Positions 25,467 through 32,000 of a DNA stretch of 32,000 nt are shown in pieces (positions within the stretch are counted from its first letter, which is position 1; each line of letters begins with the position of its first letter). The DNA is taken from contig JAIRQE010000026.1 in assembly GCA_031256725.1 (NCBI GenBank), positions 30,001-62,000 on the forward strand, read 5' to 3'. The notes under the pieces were generated by a model. It saw nothing but the letters and a program-made list of their open reading frames with translations. It had not been told where the DNA came from and did not search any database. The DNA is from Propionibacteriaceae bacterium. GTDB lineage: Bacteria; Actinomycetota; Actinomycetes; Propionibacteriales; Propionibacteriaceae. Made by a program: the position numbers and the translations under genes.

Positions 25467-25786
25467 TGTGAAACTGCTTGTCAGGTGCCGTTTCCTCTTG
25501 ATCAAGAGGAGCCGCGAAAGTGGCCAAGGCAACACAAACTCACCAAAATGAATCTACGTTCTGGTACCTAGCTGGTACATATCCAGCCTCTTTCCAGAAT
25601 AATCCTGACCTCGTCATTCTGTGCGAAGTCGCGGAACGACGACAAGCATGCCCGAAACTTTACTTTCGAGGGATGTGCGAAGGAGTGACCCAGCAACCGC
25701 AGGTTGCTGGAGAATCCAGACACTCCAATCCTATGAAACTGTAGTGTCGTCACAGGTTCTGGGGAGGTCTCACGTACCTATATGGC

Positions 25787-26002
25787 GTGAGCACCAATAA
25801 TCAGAATCTGGCCCCTGAATTGGAGCCCATGCTTAGTATGGCTGACCTTTCGAAAGCTCTTGGAATTCCCGTAGCCACCATTTACGATTGGCGGACCCGA
25901 GGGAAAGGTCCAAGGGCTTATCGCTTTGGGAAGCATTTGAAGTTCGCAGTTTCCGATGTGAAGGCTTGGATGCTTTCCCGCCGTGAAGGTGGTGAGAAAT
26001 GA
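25787..26002 (+). CDS. xis: excisionase-family / AlpA-like helix-turn-helix DNA-binding protein
   Basis: LSMADLSKALGIPVATIYDWRTRGKGPRAYRFGKHLKFAVSDVKAWM is the typical HTH_17/Xis pattern. The stop overlaps the integrase start (ATGA). The start could instead be ATG 25829. Confidence 0.75.
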   Translation: MSTNNQNLAPELEPMLSMADLSKALGIPVATIYDWRTRGKGPRAYRFGKHLKFAVSDVKAWMLSRREGGEK

Positions 26003-27180
26003 GCCGCCCTAGACTCATCATTGGTACTTTTGGGGAGATCTCATTCCTCCCGAGTTCATCAGGCAAGGTTCAGGCTCGTACTCGTTATAGAGACTGGGAT
26101 GGGCAAACTCGCCAAGTCCAAGCATCAGGAAAAACCAAGCGACAAGCGGAACAAGCCCTGAAAGCCAAACTGACGGATCGGATGCTGATCTCCCCGGTGA
26201 TGACTGATCTGACACCTGACTCGTCGTTCCTGGAGTTGGTTGAGTACTGGAAAGCCAACATGGAATTGGAAGGCCGCCTCGCAGAACAAACCCGTGACCG
26301 TTACGCCTACCATATGCGTCAGCTAATACTTCCAGCATTCGAGCACTTGACTCTTCGGGAGATTGGTGTGGCTAGCTGTGACCTTTTCATTAAGGGAATG
26401 GCTAAGCTCTCCTACAACAAGGCCCGTCAGGCAAAGGTTGTCTTGAGGTTGGTCTTCAGTCTGGCTGTACGACACGAGATTCTGCCTAGGAATCCCATGG
26501 ATGGAATCGCCAGGCTTCACAAACCACCGCACACACCTGACGCGCTAACACCTCAGGAAGTCAATGCCATCCGAATCGCTATTCGCTTCTGGGAAACCGG
26601 GATTGTGTCGAGTGGGCCGAAGCCTGATGGTCAACTCTCCGCGATTGTCGAGGTGATGCTGGGAACCTCAGCCAGAATTGGTGAGGCTCTGGTTGTCCGT
26701 CGAAGAGATGTTGATCTGGACAGTCCCACACCATCGATCTCGATTCAGGGGACCATCATCATGCCCAGAGGCCAAGCGCCAAGCCGCCAGGACCACCCAA
26801 AGACGGCCAAGTCTCGTCGTACTGTCGCAATCCCAGATTTCACTACCAAAGCTATGCTACAGAGGCTTGAGGCTATGAGCGACAAGTCCCCAGATGCGCT
26901 GGTGTTCTGCTCTCGAAACGGAACGCCACTCACGACGAACAATGTCCGCCGCCAGCTCAGGCATGTGCTGAAGATGGCCGGAATTGAAGGAGTAACTCCG
27001 CACAAGTTCCGCCGTACTGTTGCCACGGCTGTGTCTGAAACGGCCAACGTCGAACTAGCTGCGGAGTTGCTGGGCCATGTGGATTCGAGAATCACTGTCC
27101 AGCACTACATTAGAAGAAGCGAAATGGTGAGCTCGGATACGGCTTCGATCCTCCAACGGGCATTCAAGCCTGACCTATGA
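25999..27180 (+). CDS. int: tyrosine-type site-specific integrase
   Basis: N-terminal SAM-like core-binding domain. Catalytic residues are in context: ARIGEAL (Arg), HKFRRT (His-x-x-Arg), LLGH (His), VQHYI (Tyr). Confidence 0.93.
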   Translation: MSRPRLIIGTFGEISFLPSSSGKVQARTRYRDWDGQTRQVQASGKTKRQAEQALKAKLTDRMLISPVMTDLTPDSSFLELVEYWKANMELEGRLAEQTRDRYAYHMRQLILPAFEHLTLREIGVASCDLFIKGMAKLSYNKARQAKVVLRLVFSLAVRHEILPRNPMDGIARLHKPPHTPDALTPQEVNAIRIAIRFWETGIVSSGPKPDGQLSAIVEVMLGTSARIGEALVVRRRDVDLDSPTPSISIQGTIIMPRGQAPSRQDHPKTAKSRRTVAIPDFTTKAMLQRLEAMSDKSPDALVFCSRNGTPLTTNNVRRQLRHVLKMAGIEGVTPHKFRRTVATAVSETANVELAAELLGHVDSRITVQHYIRRSEMVSSDTASILQRAFKPDL

Positions 27181-27313
27181 TCGGAAGAGTGAGTGGATTC
27201 CACGGTCCCGGAAATTTTGCGGCACCGTCCCACAAGGAGTTTTGCCCACGGTATCGTTACTTTTAACGACTCCGTTGGATGAATAGATTAATGCGTCAAC
27301 CTGGTTTCACTCT

Positions 27314-27335
27314 GGTGGTGGATATTTCCACCACC
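27314..27335. terminator. candidate bidirectional terminator hairpin GGTGGTGGA-TATT-TCCACCACC
   Basis: Perfect 9-bp GC-rich stem with a 4-nt loop, between convergent int and the small minus-strand ORF. No U-tract. Confidence 0.4.
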
Positions 27336-27400
27336 GTGGATAAGTCGATCATCTATTGAAGCCTGCCTCTTTCCAGAGTAGGTGATGATGTGGGCCACCT

Positions 27401-27766
27401 TCAAGCCCCTCTACCCTTGTCATTTTCGTTCCGAGCTTCTTTGAGAAGTGTGTTCTCGTATGCGATGCGGAAGTACGTCCCAGTCACCAGAATGTTGAGG
27501 TCCTCCACAGGAAGTTTTGCCCATAGACCCTGAAGCAACTCAGCCTCCCGAGCAGCCTTCTTTCTGATCTCTGGTTCACCTTCTTCACCAATGATGCGCA
27601 GTTCCTCGATGTGAGCAGCCGCCACAGCCCATACTTACTGTTCCCACTCATCGGCCCCCTCCCGAATATGCTTGAGCGCAAAGAATGCAGCCAACTGCGC
27701 CTGCGGTCGGTCATAACGCTGCACAGTATCGATAAGCCACTCCAGAGCACCCTCCAGGGTAATCAT
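27401..27766 (-). pseudogene. small helical ORF split by an in-frame TAA (43 aa + 74 aa); hypothetical
   Basis: Translation: MITLEGALEWLIDTVQRYDRPQAQLAAFFALKHIREGADEWEQ*VWAVAAAHIEELRIIG... Both parts are in the same frame, with TAA at 27635-27637. The downstream part is ORF-track 27401..27625. Confidence 0.35.
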
Positions 27767-28019
27767 CCTTGTTCAGTACAGCACCGTCCTTAATAAACGC
27801 CTTGTTTCTATGAAGGTGCACAACATCTCCCTGCAATACGATGCAAGGCACCCATGAACTGACCCCGCCCTCGACCTTCACAAGGTACAGATGCGCTCAT
27901 TCCACAGGGATCACACATCTGGATGACGAGGAAACTGCCAATCAAACACTCGACTCTTGAGACAGCTGAATCCATCGCTATCTTGTTAGAAGGGTCATTA
28001 TTAGTAAGGAGGTTTTCCG

Positions 28020-28208
28020 TTGTCGAGCAATAAAATAATTCGGTGCGAGGTGTATCATAATTTGACCACGGGCTCCGCGGTTACGTTGAATCTCATTCAG
28101 GTCGCTAAAGGTTCGACTGCTACGGTTGGCAATCAGGGATTTCCTCAGCATTCGCTACTCCAGTGGTCTCCTTCGTTTGTCCCACATATGTCAGATCAAG
28201 GAATTTGA
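28020..28208 (+). CDS. possible 62-aa protein, hypothetical
   Basis: Consensus Shine-Dalgarno TAAGGAGG (28005-28012) lies 7 nt before a TTG start. No homology recognised. The 3' end overlaps the convergent lipoprotein gene. Confidence 0.3.
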   Translation: MSSNKIIRCEVYHNLTTGSAVTLNLIQVAKGSTATVGNQGFPQHSLLQWSPSFVPHMSDQGI

Positions 28209-28587
28209 CGTTTCCAATTAATTCAGGAAAGGCTAAGCAAAGCTCACGAAGTTTGCTGAAGGCGAAACCCGATGGCTTGGATTCGTTGCCATGTAGATGG
28301 TCTCGTAGAGGTTGCCGAAGGTGGATGACATGCTCGCTTACCGTAACAGTAATTGGATCTGTCACGCGTCGTTCATTCTCTTCCACGAAGTGTGATTCAA
28401 CCAAAGTCACAATCTGGTCATCTGAGAGTGGAGTTGGTGGTTCTAGTGACTGTTCCTCGTCGGGTTCTAATGACTGTTCCTCGGTGCGGTCAGAACTTGA
28501 ACTTGAATCCATGATGAAGCATCCAGAGGCCACCGTTAGTAGTAGCAACACACCCAGCGTTGACAAAAGCATGAGGGGTTTATTCAT
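28120..28587 (-). CDS. putative lipoprotein with a tandem EEQSLEP repeat, function unknown
   Basis: Signal peptide plus lipobox: MNKPLMLLSTLGVLLLLTVAS-G-C. The mature N-terminus is Ser/Glu-rich. A 24-bp tandem duplication (28439-28462 and 28463-28486, 22/24 identical) encodes the repeat. ATG 28587 is preferred over ORF-track 28614. Confidence 0.65.
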   Translation of the reverse strand: MNKPLMLLSTLGVLLLLTVASGCFIMDSSSSSDRTEEQSLEPDEEQSLEPPTPLSDDQIVTLVESHFVEENERRVTDPITVTVSEHVIHLRQPLRDHLHGNESKPSGFAFSKLRELCLAFPELIGNVKFLDLTYVGQTKETTGVANAEEIPDCQP

Positions 28588-28697
28588 ATTGGAAGCATAC
28601 ACGCGTTTCCCCACAGTGACGTAGTTTGTATGAGTGGGAAGTGGTAGGGCCCGCTGGAGACGAGTGGGCGGTAGAATAAGAGAAAGGAGGTGTGAAC

Positions 28698-28940
28698 ATG
28701 TGGAGGGTTCGCAAGTTCATGCATACGCTTGATCGGCTAGGTTTGGTGGTACGTGAGGAGCGTGCCACTCTTAGGCTGACCGTGGATTCTCTCGCCCAGA
28801 AATCGGGTGTTTCACCTCAGTTTGTTAAACAAATCGAAAGCAATAAAGCGCCATGTGATATATCTGGAGTTCTTCGTGTTCTAGATGCTCTTGGGGTGAA
28901 GGCTCTTGTTCTTCCACCTGGTCTCATCAAGGTTGTCTGA
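28698..28940 (+). CDS. XRE-family helix-turn-helix protein (HipB-like antitoxin)
   Basis: LRLTVDSLAQKSGVSPQFVKQIESNK HTH pattern. AGGAGG lies 8 nt upstream of ATG 28698. The stop overlaps the start of the hipA fragment (TGATG). Confidence 0.8.
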   Translation: MWRVRKFMHTLDRLGLVVREERATLRLTVDSLAQKSGVSPQFVKQIESNKAPCDISGVLRVLDALGVKALVLPPGLIKVV

Positions 28941-29160
28941 TGCGCTCGCTTGATGTGTGGCGGGAAGCCGAGTTCGTTGGGCGGTTCACTCTTGGCGACA
29001 CAGGTTCTGTGAGTTTTGAGTACGACAGTCATGATGGTTTGCCTATCTCCTTGTCTCTTCCCCGGCATGGGCAATGGTCCCGTCATGCTCCGCATCGCTT
29101 TCTTGAAAATCTTCTACCAGACCGTCCGCAAGCTCGACTGCAAATGGCTGCCCAAAACCA
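28940..29160 (+). pseudogene. hipA: hipA 5' fragment (N-terminal coupling domain only, ~74 codons)
   Basis: MRSLDVWREAEFVGRFTL...FEYD...PISLSLP...FLENLLPDRPQAR matches the E. coli HipA N-terminus pattern (V.W...VG.LT...F.Y...PLSLSLP...F.NLLPD.P..R). The kinase domain is absent. Confidence 0.75.
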
Positions 29161-29399
29161 GCGTGACGATCCGGGAGGGACTGCCCGTAACCACGCTCGA
29201 GCAGACTATCGCCGACCTAGTGGAGAGCAACTTCGACCTATCGCTGATTGCCGACATGATGGCCGAAGCACCCAGCCTCGACCTACAGCAACTCGGAGAA
29301 CTGCTCTCGCGCCTGGCCGCCCGGAACGGTCAAGCTGCTGGCGATGGTCGTGCGCTACTGGAACGCATTCGTCACAGAAATGTCGTAGGTGGCAACTAG
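29154..29399 (+). pseudogene. 3' fragment of an AbiEi-like (type IV TA antitoxin) gene
   Basis: In a different frame from the hipA fragment: KTSVTIREGLPVTTLEQTIADLVESNFDLSLIADMMAEA... resembles the AbiEi C-terminal region. No N-terminal wHTH part is present. The base composition shift begins here. Confidence 0.5.
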
Positions 29400-29431
29400 C
29401 GTGGACCCCGACGAGTCAGAAGGAGTTGGCT

Positions 29432-29542
29432 ATGACTGATCGAGCACCGTACCCGAACGCCCGCGCCATCAAGACTGGACTCCGTGCCATGACCTCCAGG
29501 TCGCACACGCTCAGAGTCGGACTACGACCTTGTGAGGAATGA
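29432..29542 (+). pseudogene. possible 5' stub of an AbiEii-type nucleotidyltransferase toxin gene
   Basis: MTDRAPYPNARAIKTGLRAMTS... resembles AbiEii N-termini and sits where abiEii would follow abiEi. Only about 36 codons remain before a stop. Confidence 0.3.
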
Positions 29543-29549
29543 TGACTCA

Positions 29550-29996
29550 ATGAACGGTTCGAGTAACCATGGACCGGTCCGGAAGTTCAAACGCTTCGGT
29601 TGGGTCTTCTACATTGGTGATGACAGCACCCTCGCGCCGGACAAGACAGGCAAATGGATGTACTTTTTCAATAATCTGTCGTTCGTACGGGATGCCTGTG
29701 AACGGGCTGTAGCGAATGGTGTGGTTGTCGAGGCAAAACACAGTGATGCCTCTCGAGGCGTCGCTTGCTTCTATCTGAACTCCGACGACATAGCAGCTCA
29801 CCGAAAGACTATCACTTTTTTTCTGGAGAACAACCTGATTCGACGAACGAAGTCCGGTCGGTTGTACGACATTTCATTCAAGCTGGATAGTCAGACGGAG
29901 GCCGGCGAGTATGCGGGTGGCTTTCACTCGGACACTCGACTGTCCACATTCCTCGACTTGAACACTGCGGAATGGATCAATCTACAGCCCGAGTGA
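29550..29996 (+). CDS. DUF1917/Bles03-like small protein (family labelled 'putative phosphothreonine lyase domain' in some annotations)
   Basis: Pattern GKWMYFF ... VVVEAKHS ... VACFYLNSDD ... ISFKLDSQTEAGEYAGG matches my memory of that family (GKW-hydrophobic; hCVYt.D; YK.D..T..G.Y). GAGGAA lies 10 nt upstream of ATG 29550. The 3' end overlaps the convergent helicase gene by 20 nt. Confidence 0.55.
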   Translation: MNGSSNHGPVRKFKRFGWVFYIGDDSTLAPDKTGKWMYFFNNLSFVRDACERAVANGVVVEAKHSDASRGVACFYLNSDDIAAHRKTITFFLENNLIRRTKSGRLYDISFKLDSQTEAGEYAGGFHSDTRLSTFLDLNTAEWINLQPE

Positions 29997-31773
29997 ACCC
30001 TATCTGCCTGTATGCGGCCCAACGTCGTCTGTACTGCGAGTTCAGGATGGACACGTTCGCATCAACGTAGTCGTGAACTACGACCTCGGTCTTGCCCTCA
30101 TAGCGGCGTAGAGCGCGTCCGACTGCCTGCGTCACCAAACCAGGATAGGAGATTGGGCCGACAAGGAACACCGTGTCGATGGCGGGCGCGTCAAAGCCCT
30201 CGCCGCCGAACGGTACGGTCGTCATGACCAGCAGAGGATCGCCTGGTCCAGCCTCCGTGATCTTGCCTCGGATTGCCGCCAACACCTTGCTGCCGGTGCC
30301 TCCACGCATGATCATCGCCTCAGCGTCAGGCAGCATGTCCGCCAGGGTTGTGAGATGGTTTCGGCGGCGGGACACCACCAGACACTTGCGGCCTTCGCTG
30401 AGCGCGGCCTTGATGTCGCCAGCGATTTGGCGGTTACGATCCTCGTCCTCAGCAACCATGCCGCCCAATCGGGTGAAGGCGCCTGGTTCCGAAGGGGTGA
30501 AGTCGGTCGGCGTACGGTAGCTCGTCTCGTGAACCCGGAGGATGCGGCGTGGCCCGTCGTACGGGGTGACGAGGTTGGCCTCTCCAGGCAGAATGTCACG
30601 CATGGCGTGACGAGTAGGGCCGAGTTGCCAGTGCATGACTTGCTCTGTGCCATCGCGGCGCTCTGGGGTGGCCGTCAAGCCAAGCCACCATGCGGCGCCT
30701 ATATACGAGACCACGTTCTCCCACGATCCGGCCGCGACATGGTGACACTCGTCAACGATCACCTGGCCGTACCCACTGGTCAACTCACGGATCTCGTCGG
30801 ATGTCTTCCTGGACAGCGTCTGCAACATCATGATGTCGATCTGTCCACGTAGCTTTGTTCGCCCACCGCCGAGTTGTCCAGTCTTGACGCCCAGCAGCGT
30901 CTGTATTTGATCTCGCCATTGCGATGTGAGAGACCTCGTGTGCAACAAGACGAGCGTGCTGATGCCACGTTCGGCGATGATCGCGCAAGCCATGACCGTT
31001 TTGCCAGAACCAGTGGGTGCATGCAAGACGCCATCTTCGTGGGCCAGTATCGCATCCACGGCGACAGTTTGACGTTCGTCCAACTCACCCAAGAATGACG
31101 CGTCGAGTTCGTTGCCGTGGTTGCGCTCGTCGTCGCAGACCAGCTCGCTGCCCGCCTGAGAGATTAAGCTTGTCGCCTGATCGCGTATGCCGCGAGGCAG
31201 GATCAGGTCACCGCTGATGGCGACATCGAAGCCTTGGATGAAACGCGGGAGTGCCCACGTAGACCGTCGAGCCCGTTGCGCTTCATAGAATGCCGGGTTG
31301 TGGATTGTCGCCGAGTGCCGCAGCGCTGCGGATAGTTCCGGGGTCAAGTCCTCGTTACGGATTATCAATCCCGTACCCAGCACAGCCCGGATCTGCGCCG
31401 GTGGCTTCGGATGGATGACTGTTGCTGGCGACTTTTCCAGACACTTAACGTCTGGACCGACGACAATCTTGTCCTTGCGGGCAACCGCCGTCACCTGCCT
31501 GGGCGTCATCCGATCAAGCTTGCTCGACAAGTATTCCCATTGATCGTCGTATGGTTCCCACGTCACCAAATCGATAAACAGCGTGGTGCCGCGTTCCTTC
31601 TTGCGTTGTCCGTTCAGAGGCGCCGCGATCAGGTTTCCGAGCTGACCTGACGTGACTGGCACCGTGTCCTGGCTTGGGAACAGCCGGTCGTAGCTGGCCA
31701 GCGGCTGTACCCATCGCCCTGGCTTCTGCTGCCGGTACTGGGGCCTCAAAGAATGTCCAGACGTGAGCGCCAC
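29977..31773 (-). CDS. SF2 (DEAD/DEAH, ResIII-type) helicase part of a primase-helicase fusion; reading frame broken at ~31702
   Basis: Motif I HAPTGSGKT, II IVDECHH, III GLTATPERRDG, VI QAVGRALRR. Upstream of the helicase, this ORF carries the C-terminal half of an AEP fold (LASYDRLFPSQD...GNLIAAPLNG...TTLFID). Its first ~25 codons look out of frame. Confidence 0.9.
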   Translation of the reverse strand: MALTSGHSLRPQYRQQKPGRWVQPLASYDRLFPSQDTVPVTSGQLGNLIAAPLNGQRKKERGTTLFIDLVTWEPYDDQWEYLSSKLDRMTPRQVTAVARKDKIVVGPDVKCLEKSPATVIHPKPPAQIRAVLGTGLIIRNEDLTPELSAALRHSATIHNPAFYEAQRARRSTWALPRFIQGFDVAISGDLILPRGIRDQATSLISQAGSELVCDDERNHGNELDASFLGELDERQTVAVDAILAHEDGVLHAPTGSGKTVMACAIIAERGISTLVLLHTRSLTSQWRDQIQTLLGVKTGQLGGGRTKLRGQIDIMMLQTLSRKTSDEIRELTSGYGQVIVDECHHVAAGSWENVVSYIGAAWWLGLTATPERRDGTEQVMHWQLGPTRHAMRDILPGEANLVTPYDGPRRILRVHETSYRTPTDFTPSEPGAFTRLGGMVAEDEDRNRQIAGDIKAALSEGRKCLVVSRRRNHLTTLADMLPDAEAMIMRGGTGSKVLAAIRGKITEAGPGDPLLVMTTVPFGGEGFDAPAIDTVFLVGPISYPGLVTQAVGRALRRYEGKTEVVVHDYVDANVSILNSQYRRRWAAYRQIGFTRAVD

Positions 31774-32000
31774 GACCAGACTGGGAAATCTCCAGGCCGC
31801 ACGGCACCCGCAAAGATGAGGCCGCCTTTACATAGGCGTGGGCGTCCAGCATCGCCTGCGCACCGTCGAAGTCGGCGGCTAACCACCAGCAAGTCGAGTC
31901 CGGTAAGAGTGGATACAGGCCAATGAACAAGTCGAAGTTCGGATTCAAATGTGCAGCGATCACATCTGTGGTCAGTGGCAATGGACCACGTTCCCAGATT
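31703..32000 (-). CDS. N-terminal archaeo-eukaryotic primase (AEP) segment of the same fusion gene, in another frame; 5' end beyond the window
   Basis: AEP motif I (WWLAADFDG) and motif II (SQSGRGAHVWTFF). The frame is open to position 32000. It continues as nonsense after ...AEARAMGTA, while the helicase ORF frame picks up with LASYDRLF. Confidence 0.75.

Noticed and set aside
28163-28624. 153-aa plus-strand ORF antisense to the lipoprotein gene
   Set aside because: The minus-strand frame has a signal peptide and lipobox and a sensible start. The plus-strand product is Ser/Cys/Arg-rich without features.
28940-29542. Treating ORF 28940..29542 as one intact 200-aa protein
   Set aside because: Only the first ~74 residues are HipA-like. 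The middle is an out-of-frame read of an AbiEi-like fragment, and the end is a separate short stub. It is a chimera created by deletions.

Overview
Moderate-GC chromosomal window with actinobacterial gene content and order. The left ~21 kb is housekeeping. It holds topA-tmk, an SDR oxidoreductase, and one tightly coupled coproporphyrin-type heme operon: hemA, a fused hemC-hemE, a radical-SAM/SPASM gene, hemY/cgoX, hemH/cpfC, hemD, hemB and hemL. No chdC/hemQ is present in the window. Then come tRNA-Gln, glmU-prs, a Cof-type HAD phosphatase, upp, and an acidic protein of the type usually associated with tRNA adenosine deaminase. The right ~10 kb is accessory. It starts with a two-gene operon at 22424-25176: a Rad50/RloC-like zinc-hook ABC ATPase carrying an extra C-terminal helical domain, plus a free-standing paralogue of that domain. 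This operon is my best candidate for an undescribed conflict system. Next come tRNA-Pro(CGG) and an xis-int integrative element with mosaic base composition. Its cargo is small orphan ORFs, a lipoprotein, an XRE/HipB-like gene with a truncated hipA, abiEi/abiEii fragments, a DUF1917/Bles03-like gene, and a frameshifted primase(AEP)-helicase fusion that runs off the window. Several intergenic regions carry short dispersed or inverted repeats and candidate regulatory RNA or operator structures. All calls come from reading the sequence and ORF translations by eye. No database search was run.
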